55,642 bases of DNA, filler included, from Squatina squatina (GCA_031763465.1; 3 parts of 3 records of this genome joined end to end with filler, not necessarily neighbours in it); one strand, 5' to 3'. Counted from the whole stretch's first letter, positions 23,681 through 38,026 are shown. Made by a program: numbers and translations. The notes: generated from the letters alone by a model not told the origin.

Positions 23681-26600
23681 CCTTTACAAGCACACAAACA
23701 TTACGCACCTGGTTAGAATACATGAAGGTTGATTTTCTGTAATGATCATGGATAGTGAATTGACATTTTGGGGCAGGTTTTTTCACATGCCTGAATAACG
23801 TTGTAAATTTTAATATTTAGAACTAATGATATATNNNNNNNNNNNNNNNNNNNNNNNNNNNNNNNNNNNNNNNNNNNNNNNNNNNNNNNNNNNNNNNNNN
23901 NNNNNNNNNNNNNNNNNNNNNNNNNNNNNNNNNNATTAGTCTGTAAGGTATTTCCCAATTTGTTCTGTATTTTATAGTGTGGCGCCGTGTTGATGGCTGA
24001 GCAGGTGCAAGCACTGTTGGCTTCCTGTGATTATTCATCTGGGCTTCTACATTCTTTGGACACATTACAACCTCAAAAAGTAATGCAGTGGTTTAATAAA
24101 ATGTGGAAGAAAATCAGAATTAAAAGATTGATTAAATGAATAGGTTAGTGTTTCCATGTAGATTGTCTTGTCATGCTTCACAGAGTGTGTTGATAGTCAA
24201 TTTACAGACTGGGCTGGAGTAACTCCAGTACACTTATTAGGCTGGCATTTTACATTTGAATTTTAAAGTACTGCGGTAATAATGTTGAGAGCATCCTGCC
24301 CAAGTAGCATGCACAGTGGAGCACACTTGAATATCTTAATTATTTTTGCCATTTGGTTTTATACATCTATCCAGGAAAGTTTATTTTAAAATGTTAAACA
24401 TGTACTATAGTTCCTGGAATTGCACCAATTATTCACATATCTAAATTAGTTACAGTGCAAGCCTGCAGCATGGTCTGCTATTTTAGAAGGCTAATGGGTG
24501 AGTTCTTTAAGTCTGTAAAAGGCAAATAATTTTTTACATATGTCACTATCTACCATCCCAAAATGGGCACAATTTGCTTCCTGCTGCAGGGCTATGCATG
24601 CTTGGTTATGTTTAAAACACTGATTTGTGTTTGCTCCAGTGTCCAATTGTATTTTCATTCCCTTTCTGTGGTTTTCTTCTCTTTCCCTCACACTATGTGG
24701 TTTTATCCTTCTGTCCCTCCTTGTAGCTTGTGTGTTCTCTTTCTTTTATTCTGTATCCTCAGTTACCATGACTTCCCCCCTCCCACCCCCACCCCTGCTC
24801 TTTTATCCCTCTCTCCACCCATTGGTATCTGTAATGTCCTCCTTTCTCTCTCTGCATCTGTGTTTTCTCTTTCTAACCCCTCGGTGTATTTCTGTGGTTC
24901 ACTCTCTCTTTCTGTTGATCTGTGGGTCTTTGCCCTGCATTTAGCCGCTGATCCTTTTCAATCCCAGTGGCTGGGTTACTCATCTATCTAGCAGGGTGAT
25001 GGTGATTATAATTGGGTCTCCACAAAAGCAAGTACTTTGTATATAGCACCTATTGCACAGTACCGCTGCAGAATCAGAACAGATTGGTATTCTAACAATG
25101 GCTTATTAATGAGTTCAGCACCAAGTATACTATTTTTGAAGACAAAAAGTTTGGTGGCAGGTCAAGATTTGGTTTTATAATGGATGAGATTACCTCAGCA
25201 ACACTAAACAGGAGGACTGCGATTCTCCACTTCTATACTCGCCACTGTGTAATTTTCCACCCATCCGTTTGAACGGGTGAGAATTGGTGGATGCNNNNNN
25301 NNNNNNNNNNNNNNNNNNNNNNNNNNNNNNNNNNNNNNNNNNNNNNNNNNNNNNNNNNNNNNNNNNNNNNNNNNNNNNNNNNNNNNNNNNNNNNCGTCTA
25401 CTTTCACTTTTTCATTCAAATTGCCAGCCAAGGCTGACCGGGCAATTGACTTCTCTGTGGCATTGTCCAACAACAGATGATCTTTGCATGGGGGATAGGT
25501 CCTCGATGATCCTATCGCCCTTGAGATGTAGAACTCTTCTGCTGTGAGTCACTTCATCTGCAGACTTGCCGAAAACATAGTAAATTCAGTTGTAGAAGTT
25601 AGTTACATTTCACAGACCTTTGGAATAGGAGCAGTGAGTGATGGTTCATAAAACATAAATTTAAGAACAATTTTAGTTAGTAGCAATACTAAAATAAATT
25701 TTAGATTAACGACAAGTTAGATATCACAATTACTTATATATTTATGACCATTAACATTTTAGCAAAGTTCTTGTGTATAATGTACCTTTGTCTGAAGCAC
25801 ATTAATTGGCTTAGAAGTTCATCAGTGCTTTTGCCAGGCAGTTGCTTAATTTCTTGTTCTATGTAAAGCCGCAAGACAACTTTGATTTATATAAAACAAT
25901 AATGTTCTAAGGACTTTGTGGCACTCACTTTTGGGGCCAATGCTGGATGTCGCATAATAGTGAAATCTACAATAGAGAGGAAAACAGACTCACTTTGTCA
26001 ATAGCTGCAGACAGAACAGTTACTGTGTTTTGAGTTTATCCCAGCATTTAAGTTGTTTCCACTTGTATTTGTGCAACAAAAAAAAATTGGCTAAAGTTTT
26101 CAAGTAAAAGGGATGAGCTTAATTGAAAAGCGTTGCACAATTGAAGATAAAAAGCAAAACTTAGGTTGAACAGGCAGTGTTCTGAGAATTCATTTTTACA
26201 GAGCAAGTACTTTGTGTATTTTTCCCCCCAATTAAATTTCAGGAGGGTTTGTTGGTACTAATAGATGCTGATTGTTTGCTTCCAGCAAAAGAGGGGAAAA
26301 AAGTTACAGAATAAAAGTTTTGGGCTGATTAATACACTGGAAAGACTATTCTCTGTGTGTAGTTTTCACAAACTCATAAGCTCTTGAGCATCTTTAGTGC
26401 AAATTTAATTATGTCCTTAATAAGCAGGATCAGCTCTGTAGAAACCTCTGTCCCTGCAAAAGATGATGACGTAATGCACTAATAAGAAGCATCAAAACCT
26501 CTTCCCGTCGATGCCATATGATGACCTTGTCTCCCAAAGTTTTACATTTCAGTTCATGTTCTGAAAGCTGATATGGATGATCAGGTCTGGCTCTGGTTCA

Positions 26601-28664
26601 AAAGCAGTTCAGGAGTTGGGGGGTGGAGGGGGGNNNNNNNNNNNNNNNNNNNNNGAGAGAGAGAGAGAAACACAGTCAACAGAGCAGTTTCTATGGATTT
26701 TCTGTTTCTTGCTGATTTTCCATAGTTTTTTATTCTGACATCATTACCCAGAACGAACAGGCTCCAACTCATACAGTAAATGCTCACAGAATGACAAATT
26801 TCAGATGCAAAGGGAACAATGAAACGTATAAGGAAAGCAATGAAAATTCATTTGTATAAGCCTGCTCCCCTACTGCGGAATTTTCAATTATATATATCTA
26901 ATTATGCCTGTCAGTTTGTGAATTGAAAAAAGAAATTCTTTGTCCCTACTTTTTGTCTATTCGTCATCTCTTCTGTTAGAACGATTATAGCACACTTATA
27001 CAACTAATTGCCTTACTGCTTATTAGTGATACAATTATGCAGCCTGGGATTCTTGTGTGAACAGCCATCTGCATAAAGTGACACTATTCAAAACTGTCCA
27101 TAATTTAACTAGCGTTATTCCAAAGCAGTGAGTCCAGACAATTGGTCGGCCTTCATATTTCATACCCACTCTGGCAAGGGAGTATTTTTTCTCCNNNNNN
27201 NNNNNNNNNNNNNNNNNNNNNNNNNNNNNAAGAAAGAAAGTGCCGAGAATGCTAGTAAAAGGGATGAACTGAAGCATGGCTAATGCTGATTCCTTCTTTG
27301 GTAATTTTTCTTCAAATTTTATACCACTGGGCAATTTTTGTTTCTTTTCAAACTGCTGAGAAAGCGCAGATGGTTTGGGCCACACAGAAATCTGTTTCTT
27401 ATGTTCTTCTTGGGCATAATGGAGGACATTGTGAAAATCGATACATTACTAGTGATTGTTAGTGATATTCATAGCTGCTCTTACTGAGAAAAAATGTGAG
27501 GCAGATCACTCAGGCATTCAGCTGGTGAAAGCAAGGAGTCACTCCTTTGTGGCTTACATTCACTTACTTATGCTTTCTGCGAATCACAATTGAAACCGGG
27601 TAGAAAGAATAATAGTAGAGAAAGAAAATTCGAAGAATATAAGTAGGATTTATTGAGCGCTTTCTCAAAAAAAAACACCAACAGCACTGGCAGATATATT
27701 ACCAAAACCCCATCTGCCATGTTTGTAACAGAATGAAGAATGAAACCTTTGACAGAAACAGCTAAATTTATCACGTGACCTCAAGAAAAGAATAACTGCT
27801 TTGAATAGCACTGAAGCCTAGAAAAATTGTTTACTGACCATGTAATAACCACCACTCCAACACTTTAAAAAAATCAACATCATGCAAAAACTTTATAATA
27901 AAAACATCAGGAAATATTAAATGCATCTTAAAATGTTATTTTAGTTATAACCCATCTGTGCCAAAATACTTAGCTAAGTGCTAAACAGCATTGCAAATAT
28001 TGCTTTCTTTATGCAATAATATTATTTTAACATGAAACAAACGCTTTTGAAATAACTTTGGCGGTGACCTCTTAATTTCAACATTGTCTTATATTCTTTG
28101 TATAACCATGGTTTTAAAGGAAACTAATTTGAAAAAGCCTATGTTACCAGGACATCAGGGTTGAAATGCTTGTAGCTGGTAATAAATTAACACACTATTT
28201 CACTTCCTTTTCTCGAACAAAGCAGTCGTTTGTCCACCTAACTTACATTCAATTGTGAGTTATATTTCCCGGATTGCAAGTACATTCAATTGCAAATTAT
28301 TCAGCAGTATTAATTCTGCCATTTTAACTACCTTGAGAACTAATAAAGAATGCAAAGTACAGCAAACATCTGGCTTCCGGACTAAGAAGTGCTCAGATTC
28401 CCAAAGAGGTTTAACTGACAAAATAGTTGGTTATTAACATTAGAATTGCTTTACTAGCCTTTGGAATAGGAACAAGGGACCCATTATATTGCAGAAGTGT
28501 ATTAATTTTAAATTGTTGCCTATTACCTAATTTTTTTTGAGTATTCACAAACATGCTGCCTCTGNNNNNNNNNNNNNNNNNNNNNNNNNNNNNNNNNNNN
28601 NNNNNNNNNNNNNNNNNNNNNNNNNNNNNNNNNNNNNNNNNNNNNNNNNNNNNNNNNNNNNNNN

Positions 28665-28782
28665 TATGGGGAGAAAGCAGGAACAGGATACTGAATTTGG
28701 ATGATCAGCCATGATCATATTGAATGCGGAGCAGGCTCGAAGGGCCGAATGGCCTTATCCTGCTCCTATTTTCTATGTTTCT
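28665..28782 (+). mobile_element. CR1 3' tail
   Basis: tatggggagaaagcaggaac...gatcagccatgatcatattgaatg...agggccgaatggcc...ctcctattttctatgtttct, nearly identical to 8456-8578. Confidence 0.88.
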
Positions 28783-29779
28783 AAAAACCTTCTGGAAGTT
28801 CCTGTGGACAACATCTATTGTCAGTCCCTAATCTATTTTATTCGTGAGCTAGAATCATGCAGTGCAGAAGGAGGCCATTCAGCTCATCGAGCCTGTGCCA
28901 GCTCTCTGAAATCAGAGCTAACAATTAGCAACCTGCCTTTTCCCCATAGCCCTGCAAATGCTTCCCTTTCACGTGTATATATACATTCCAGTTTTTTGGG
29001 GTGGGGGTGCGGGGGAAAGCAAAAGTACAAAGTATGCCAGTCATTTTTGGTGTTTTCTCTGACCTTGATAACCTTGCCTTTTCCCAACAGTGAGCAACAA
29101 GTAGCCAATCGTGAGAAACCCTCAACAGCAGCTAATTGATTAGGACCTATTTCGACTCCTTCCCACACTGAAGTAGCTGTGAAGGAACAGCTTAGCAGCT
29201 AAACGTTACAACATACTCTGGACCTCAGTGAGCAAAGTCACTGGAGATCAGTGTAAAAAATAGATAACAGATATGGATATATCTGGACATGATCACCAGT
29301 TTCAGTCAAGCCAGGGAAAGTGAATTGCAATTCAAAGGGAGTATGCATGAAGATAAAAGGAAAGATTTAAATGACCAAAAGCAAAGCACTAATTCATTCT
29401 GATTCCAATCAGGTACTGCAATTTTCATCCAAAGACACATCATTTGTAACAAGTTGATTTAGTGACTATGCAGCAGCTTCTTTGAGAATTTTTGTAGTGT
29501 TGTGCAAATTTGAATTATGGTACGTTTCTTTTGCCAGAGTTAATTAACCTGATGTTATAAATGGCAAAGATGCGTGGTAATATTTAAAAAGGTAATTTCA
29601 AAAGGACTATTACAGTGTCATTTAATCAAGCTGTTATGACTGCCACTTGAACCTGCTTGCAGTTGCTGTCGCAACTTTGTTTAATTATATGAATGAAGTC
29701 AGGCAGGGACAACACACTAATGGTCATGCACCTGCTAATAATGTGGACATGCTGAGGTGCAGTTCCTATGTTAGCTCAC

Positions 29780-30262
29780 TCAAGTGCCCACTCTTCATGC
29801 ATGAGCCTAGATAATGAGTACTGATAAGCTATTCAACCTCAGAGGTATTGCAACCAAGCGTCGTCCTGTTCTTATCTGACACTCATATGCACATACTTTT
29901 TGCAAAGCTGCTGCAGCAAACCTCTCCACCATCTACAAGGCTCAAGCCAGGGGTGTGACGGAATACTCAGCACTTGTCTGGATGGATACAGTGACAACAC
30001 AACGCTCAAGAACTTTGGCACCATCCAGTACAAAGCAGTTCACTTCATCAGTGCCCCTGCCACTGACCTCAAAATCCCACCCACCCTCACCATGATCACT
30101 GGCATGTTGTAGCTGCCCAATTTCCCTTCATTTATGGAAGCTGCATCCTATTGCATCCCCCATCACTGCTCCAGTTGAGGTTGTTGATCGAAAATAGGAC
30201 GTTCTTCACCTGTCTGGCTCAGCACTATACTGTGCATGTGATTAACTGCTGAGCCATCAGGG
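29780..30262 (-). mobile_element. SINE-like element interrupted by a plus-strand LINE RT fragment (~29905-30115)
   Basis: 29780-29900 resembles 33990-34100 (cttcatgcatgagcctagata...cacatactttt versus cttcatatgtgaccttggaca...cacacacttttc). 30130-30262 has a tRNA-like head on the minus strand (ccctgatggctcagcag). The insert translates LSTIYKAQARGVTEYSALVW...TLKNFGTIQYKAVHFI, typical of a LINE RT C-terminus. Confidence 0.5.
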
Positions 30263-31149
30263 CAAATCACTTTATTTTTGCATTTAAACATTTCTATGGG
30301 AGTCTGGAATTAAGAAAAGTATTTTTAAAACAGATTGCTGGCTATGGGCAGTGACAGTGATGGACAGTAACTGTTTTCATCAAAGCATAGCCTGATTATT
30401 GATGTATTGCATTTGGACACTTGTGAAAGTTTAAAGTATATCGAGATATCATTGGCGGGAGGGCAGCTTCCTGCTGTTAGTTGTAGGTGTGCATGGAACC
30501 TTTTCTGACCAACAGAGGTTTCTTTCAGTGGCATATACAAGCAAAATATTGTGACTGAAAATGAAACATTATGCAACCATTTCTATTTAAGAGTTTTTAA
30601 AAGGACAAAATTCCTGAACATTTTTCTCGAGTCACACAATTCCTCCTGATAAATCGATCGCTTATAATTCCTCATAATCACCTGTTTAGATTCAGAGATT
30701 AGTTGCTGTGTGGTATCATTTATTTATTTATTTATCTTCAGTGGACTAAGGCCTCAGTCATTTGTCTAAATGGTACTGGGGTATAGAAAGTTGCAGTCAA
30801 GTAATATTGTGTTGTCTGTGTGTCTCTGTACTTATCACTTCGGTCGACTTTCTAACCTATTCTTACTACTAAAGATGCCCATGTTTCTAGCTTAAACACC
30901 ATGTGAGGTCATCTGAATATTTTGAGGTCCGATTTACTTGCCCCAGTGGAAAACATACTCAGTGAGCCGATTTCCCACTGGCTGTAGCCTATCTAAGGCA
31001 TCCAAGATCAACAAAAGGAGCTTGCATGAATGTTGAATTAAATTCATTGTTGAATAAAGTATAAAAACAAAGCAGCTGTAAGAGTAGAAAGTGGAAATAT
31101 CACACTGGTATAGTATGTGGCTTACTTCTGAGAAAAGGCACAAGCACAT

Positions 31150-31309
31150 AACAACAACAACAACTTGCATTTATATAGTGCCTCTAACGCATTAAAATAT
31201 CTCAATGCGCTTCACTGGAGTGTTATCAAACAGAATTTGATACAGAGCCACATAATGAGATATTAAGACAGGTGACCAAAAGCTTAGCCAAACAGGAAGG
31301 TTTTAAGGA
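31150..31309 (-). mobile_element. L2-type LINE 3' end with (CAA)n tail
   Basis: (caa)n-cttgcatttatatagtgcct...ggtgaccaaaagcttagccaaacaggaaggttttaagga is the typical reverse-complemented L2 tail. Confidence 0.7.
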
Positions 31310-31720
31310 NNNNNNNNNNGGAAGTCAAATAAAGAGTCACTGGGAATATTGAGTCAATTCTTAGATTTAAAGCAGGAGGACATAGCCCATGTCAAAAAAA
31401 AAATCCCTTATCGCCTCCAACCCATGGCAGTGGTTGAGGAATAGCGAGTGCACCTACATCTGTATAAGCAAGGTATTTCTGTACCAGCCACCATGGTGGT
31501 TTCTTTGAGTTATAAAAGTTTTATTGGACCCAATAGGATCTGGCTTGTATATTCCCAAACTAGTTTCTCTACAGTACATCTCGAATGCAAAGTTGGCAGG
31601 AGTATACTACACTCAGTCATNNNNNNNNNNNNNNNNNNNNNNNNNNNNNNNNNNNNNNNNNNNNNNNNNNNNNNNNNNNNNNNNNNNNNNNNNNNNNNNN
31701 NNNNNNNNNNNNNNNNNNNN

Positions 31721-31875
31721 CGTTGTCGCTCGGTCAAAATCCTGGAACTCCCTATCTAACAACACCGTGGGAGTATTCTCACCACAAGGACTGCAGTGGT
31801 TCAAAAAGGCGGCTCACCACCAGCTTCTCGAGGGCCACTAGGGATGGGCAATAATTGAATGAATAAATTAAAAAA
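31721..31875 (+). mobile_element. LINE (CR1/L2 group) 3' end
   Basis: Translates ...SKSWNSLSNNTVGVFSPQGLQWFKKAAHHQLL (WNxLP...FK motif), followed by an AATGAATAAA-type tail. Confidence 0.7.
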
Positions 31876-33889
31876 TTATACAATTTATTTAGTTAGAGTC
31901 CTTCATGTATGTTGTGACAAATAAGACAAAATTAAGCACTTATGTGATATAAGAAAAAGCTTATGTGTCAACATTACAAATTTAAATAATGCAATGTTTT
32001 ATCTAGAAATGCATTGCGTATAGAATTGTTTGAACTTCAGATTTTAATCTATTTGTGAATGAACAAAACTGATCTCAATTTAGTGTTGTATCTCAAGAAG
32101 AGGAAGCAGTCAATTATAGGCTAACGTTGAAGATAGGATGCTGCACTGTTTTCAAGCCACACGAAGTATAGAATCGAAATGCAAGTCTCTATGAATGGAG
32201 ACAGCCGTTCAGTTGTGAGAAAGTGTACACTTTGTGTAAAGATAAGAACTCTGTGAAAATACTGGGTGTCTAATACAGACATCCATACAGAGAGCATTAA
32301 TAAGAGATGTGTAGGCAATTCAAAGAGGTTTTTATAAGTAATGGAGCTTAAAAGCACTTCATCCAAAAGGAGCCAGGGATAGCACTAATGTTGGGAATCA
32401 GAATGGGAAGGATGCATTGTATGTACTTATGACTGTTTTCTGATCAGTATGTTATAAGTACACTGAGAAAACCTACAGTATTAGACCTGGCTCTGTGCAA
32501 AATTTGTTGACTGTACAATAAGCAAGACTGCCTTTGACTACAGGTAGATTAGCGACAGGTTGGGGGAGGTGGGGTGGGGAATGCTCCCTCTTTTTTGGGT
32601 GCATGGCCCATTCAAAATACCACATTTTCGCATTGAAAAGCCTGCGAGCCGGCTGTGTGGGAGCCCCCGAGGGCAGTGCAGCTTAAAGGGGCCATTAGTT
32701 GGGGGAATGAGCAGATATGTGGCAAAGACAGTTCAACTTAAATAAATGTGAAGTATATTTTGGGGGAAAGATAAGAGAATGGAAATCTTAAATGGTAGAA
32801 TTTCTCTTGTGGAGAAACAGAGATCGAGGGGTGCAGATGCATACACTTTTAAAATAAGGATTGCAGATGGGAAAAGCCATAAAAAGAATTCTGCGTTTGA
32901 TATAAAAGGATGTTGAGTACAAAAACAAGCAGTGTACCATGAATTCGATTGAGGCATTTGTTGGAGTGCAATTGAAGTACAGTTGTACCCATTTATTTGC
33001 AGCTTGCTTAATTGCAATTCCTGTTTAGATGCAGTCATTACTAAAGTCCCATTTTTTTCTTATACTTACAATTCTGTTGTTTGTTTTATTGCAATTTCAT
33101 TTCTAGCAATTCCTACCTATTTGCAAGTGTGGCGCATAGAAATCCTATTTTAATGAGACTTGTCACCTTTGGTGGCTTTCACCTCTCAATCTGATTTGGT
33201 TTGGTGGTCAGCATGCCTAAGAACAAGTTTGACCTGGTTTCCACCTATTAGTGTTGTGTGGCTGAGGGAGGAATGGAGGTCAGGTTTCTAGATGATTCAA
33301 CAAAGCACCATGACTAGTTGCTGCGTGGACAAGTGGATGTTTTGAACAGCTTGAAGGAATTGAGGATTCAAAAGCTAGTCACACAGAGGCCTGGCATTTC
33401 TGAATCTCGGGTTTTTAAAAAATTCTTAATAGAAATGCAGACGTCTTGAATTACTAAGAAAGAAATGAAAACCGTGATAGGAAAGCGCCAAACTATGTTT
33501 AGATGAATAGTGAAATGTTTTGATGAATTTTATGCAGTGGAAGGAAAAATACAGACGTTAATGACTTCTGATTTCTGCAAAAGAAATCACAGAATTCATA
33601 GCAGCAGTAAAAAGAACTCATGAAACATGAGCATTTTTCTTTTTAAGATGTTTTAATGTTGGTCTTTTAATTGTATTTCCTGACCTTGGCATCTGTGAGT
33701 CTACTCCTGGTATTTATGTGTTTTCTGCAGCTTGGTGGCAGACTCATAGACCCAGTTCTACCGCAAACAGATTTGACAGCATAAACTTGCATAGATGCCA
33801 GGCCCCCAGGCTCCACATTAGAAACAAAAAAGCAGCTTAAGAAGCTCTTCAAGGTTTCAAGAAGCTTAAAGCAAATGTGGAAATCCATT

Positions 33890-34194
33890 TTTTTTGTTGC
33901 TATTTATTCCTCTCCTCTCCTGAAAGCAATGACTCTTGCTGGGGACACTTTCATGGGTACTGATAGCCTTCCAGTACCCATACACTAAGGACCCAAAGGC
34001 TGATCTTCATATGTGACCTTGGACAAGTGACTGTGGGTAGGGGAGAGGCATAAGAGCTGAATTTGATCCAGTCCTCAATGGATATCCACACACACTTTTC
34101 AGCAGCAATCACTGGACAGCAATCGGGAGCAGAACCGAGTTGATTCTTTTCGTCCTCTCTGGCCTTGACACTCTGAGGGTAACTGCATTACCCC
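33890..34194 (-). mobile_element. Dispersed SINE-like repeat containing one monomer of the 2360-3416 minisatellite
   Basis: 34109-34160 TCACTGGACAGCAATCGGGAGCAGAACC...TGATT...CCTCTCT aligns to the satellite unit. The flanks match 29780-29900. Confidence 0.6.
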
Positions 34195-36269
34195 NNNNNN
34201 NNNNNNNNNNNNNNNNNNNNNNNNNNNNNNNNNNNNNNNNNNNNNNNNNNNNNNNNNNNNNNNNNNNNNNNNNNNNNNNNNNNNNNNNNNNNNNNNNNNN
34301 NNNNNNNNNNNNNNNNNNNNNNNNNNNNNNNNNNNNNNNNNNNNNNNNNNNNNNNNNNNNNNNNNNNNNNNNNNNNNNNNNNNNNNNNNNNNNNNNNNNN
34401 NNNNNNNNNNNNNNNNNNNNNNNNNNNNNNNNNNNNNNNNNNNNNNNNNNNNNNNNNNNNNNNNNNNNNNNNNNNNNNNNNNNNNNNNNNNNNNNNNNNN
34501 NNNNNNNNNNNNNNNNNNNNNNNNNNNNNNNNNNNNNNNNNNNNNNNNNNNNNNNNNNNNNNNNNNNNNNNNNNNNNNNNNNNNNNNNNNNNNNNNNNNN
34601 NNNNNNNNNNNNNNNNNNNNNNNNNNNNNNNNNNNNNNNNNNNNNNNNNNNNNNNNNNNNNNNNNNNNNNNNNNNNNNNNNNNNNNCCGTTTACATCTCT
34701 CACAAATTGATTTTCTCATGATGTTTTATGTGAAAACAAAGAAATAAAGGCTGTGGAAAATAAAAACATAATTATGCAAAACATAATTACGTGATTCAGG
34801 TCACAGTGACTCATGTGCAACCACGAGATAACATGTTTTAACGTTTTGTAGTTTAATAAGGCAGAAAAGGTATAAAGATCCCTGTGTGTAAAAGATGAAC
34901 AAGCCTTTTAATTAGCTGTTATTGTATCATTCCTTGATAATCTTTCCCCTTTCTTTTATATTGATTAATTATGAAAATCCACAACACAAAAGGAACTCCA
35001 CAAAAGTCTTGTCAGTGTCTTCTTTAATAGGCCGGGAGAGCAATATAATCTGTCAGATCCAGTAAAAAGCTTCAAATATGCTAATGAACAATGATTAATG
35101 ATGGGTTTCTATATTCTATAAATATGAAGGCTCAATCTGCACCTGCAATTGGTCCCATGATAAAAAAAAGTCTTTACAAAGCAATATTTAGCAAATCTCA
35201 ATTATAAAGATTGTCATTCTCTTTAAAATACTGGTGGGTGTGTTTTTTTTAAAAATCCATGGCCTCATCGCTTTTAATTTATACCACGTTTCTGGAACAG
35301 ATCGACAATGAATCTGTTTAAATATAGGAGTTTTTGTTAAAACCACATTGTTATGTTGATTTGGAGATAACCGCTTGATCGTTCCTTTGTAGCTCATTCT
35401 TTAAACACACACATTTTTTTGTAGCGGCTGTGAAAATGTTTTATAAATTTCTAATCATTATACAGTAAGCATCTCGATAGGTAGAGAACCACAATAGGTT
35501 CCTGCATACTCACAAACTTTGGAATAAACACAAGCAAAATCATCTAAATATGTAAGAATAGTGATGTTTTATTTAAGTAATAATATTACTGTCGTCTTTG
35601 GGAGAGAAAGAAACAATTATGCAACACTGGTGGATTTTGTTAACTGTGTAGCAGGCATGTGAACTCAAATCTGTGGTTTAAGTGAATTCATTGGAGTTCA
35701 GTANNNNNNNNNNNNNNNNNNNNNNNNNNNNNNNNNNNNNNNNNNNNNNNNNNNNNNNNNNNNNNNNNNNNNNNNNNNNNNNNNNNNNNNNNNNNNNNNN
35801 NNNAACATTACAAAGCACATTAACATTACTTTACACAGAAGATAGTGAAGCTATGGACAAATGTTAACCAAAGGTATAAAGGGATATGGGCCAACGGCAG
35901 GTATATGGAGTTAGGTCGCAGATCAGCCATGAACTCATCGAATGGCGGGAAAAGCTCAAGGGGCTGAATGGCCTACTCCTGTTCCTATGTCCAGATTGCC
36001 CAGGACTGTGGTGGAGGTCGATGGCATCAGCAAATTCAAGAGGGAACTGGACAGATTATTTAGCAGAGAAAGGGATGAGGGATTTGGGAAGTACAAAGTG
36101 GATGATGCGTTTCAGACTTTGGGACCAACCAGCAGGATGACAATGGTGTATTTCAGTCCTGCCCATTCCTACGTCCCTATGGTTGGTTCAGGGAGGTCCT
36201 AAGGAGCGAGTAATACCTATTAGCCGAGCAATCAGAATGTTTAAAATCTGTAATAAAGGATATACTCAC

Positions 36270-36404
36270 CGAATCTGAATTCCTCTCTTGCTGTTTTGTT
36301 TCAGCCACTTGATTCCCAGGCACTGAATGATCTGAACTTGAAAATCTAGCCTCTGACCCACTAACTCTGTGGGATCAATGAGGATCTCATCTTCTCCCAG
36401 AGCT
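36270..36404 (-). CDS. KIF28: Internal exon of the kinesin-like protein KIF28
   Basis: Acceptor tactttttctctag|A and donor CG|gtgagt; 135 nt, phase 2-2. Reads ALGEDEILIDPTELVGQRLDFQVQIIQCLGIKWLKQNSKRGIQI(R), close to recalled mammalian KIF28 GEEDMVIDPLELLGxRIDFQIRIVxCLGxKWLKEDxxRGxQMG. Missed by the ORF track. Confidence 0.78.
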
Positions 36405-38026
36405 CTAGAGAAAAAGTACAAACGTATTCAATACTCTGAAAATGCCTTTCATAAGGGCACCGTTATACAACAGGTACCAGTTAGAGATGGGTACTTGCTC
36501 ACAGCAATGTACAGCAGCCAGACCAGAGTTATACCACTGGCTGCACAACACGCTCTAGCCAGACAAAGTGAAGCTCAACGCCTAACACTGGCATCCAAAT
36601 GCTGATTAAATATAGAAAAACAAAAATAAAGCTTGATAGTTGTTGACAAAAAATGCATAACCTTTTACCTTCTTATGGTTAATGAATCACTGACTGTAAA
36701 TGTTTGTGTAATAATATCATACCTCATTATATATTTACAGTTTTTATGTTGCCCTAAAGTGAGATAACTTCCGTGTTTTACTGAAAGTTGGAACAGAATT
36801 TCTGCAGAATTGGATTAAGCCTTTATATCACAGTTGGGGGTTGCTGCTTTTTGACATGGCTCCAGAGGTTCATAAACAACACATATAATTATGTCACTGC
36901 ACATGTTTGTGTTAAATTAATCTTTCTTCCTTTCATTTCCAATTGATTGGGCTCTGACTCACCTCAGAGAATGTGTATTAATAAGGCAGTATGTGAGCTG
37001 ATTGTGGAAATTTTTGACAATAGTTAAAATTAACAATGCTTTAGCATGGATTGACATTTTTAAGGTCAAACCTGTTATGCAGGGATTTAAATATATTCCC
37101 AACAGCCTGTTGTTGTGATAGCAAAAAGACTGACACAACATGGCTCTCTCGAGGTTTTATTGACATGAATTCCATGCAGTCTGAGTGTTATCAAATGTTA
37201 TTTATTTAACTTCTTCTGTTATACAAGTTTTTTTTAAGTATTTTTTTCATGAAAATTTTAATTTAATGAAGTTGGATTTCTTGCGAGGATAATGGTTGTT
37301 TGTTCTGATATAAACCTCCTCTACTGCTTCTCAGAAAACATATACCTCTTATCTCCTGGCAGATAACTATTAGCTGAAATTATAGTATTAATGTATTAAA
37401 ATGCTGACTTTACCAACAACAGCAGCAGGAGACCTTTGACCCTTTGCTCTCCTGAAATGTAATGGAATTTTTTTTGTTGGATTTGTTTAGGACTGGTTGT
37501 ACCTTGGATTTTAATATATAACTAAACATTCCATCAATTTCATCAGTGTTTCAGAAAATATTTTCCTGCACTGAGTAATAAACATTGAAATAAGACAGGA
37601 GGACGCACATTTTCTTTGTTTTCACTCAGTACTTCATTTTGACAAATCCTTCATTCTGCAAAAGATAAACAAAATTACTGAATAAATAACCTTGATATTC
37701 AGAAGCGTGTGAACGATTTGCTAAGAAACTCTATACATGTGAGGTTTTGAGATTAGGTCAAACCTCCAATGATTGGCAGCAAGTTGCATATATTCACATG
37801 CTATCCACCATGTAGTCATTCACATCAGAGCATGGATGGTTTCACAAAGAGCCATACCATTGTGACAAAGGGACAGAAAGGCAGATAACGGAGGAATTAA
37901 ATTAAGATTATCAGTCTGAAAGAGAGGAGTTGTGAGCCTGTTGTACTCATTATTTCCAGAATGAACAGCTCTATATCCAGCCTGAAGCAGTACTGCACTG
38001 CTGCTATACTCTTCTTTTTTAATATT

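Noticed and set aside
36963-37069. Minus-strand segment with ag/gtgagt boundaries, phase-compatible with the KIF28 exon
   Set aside because: The translation (LTLKMSIHAKALLILTIVKNF...) does not resemble the expected preceding KIF28 sequence, and the acceptor is weak.
37430-37442. DR1-like site AGACCTTTGACCC
   Set aside because: A single imperfect 13-mer is expected by chance in 55 kb.
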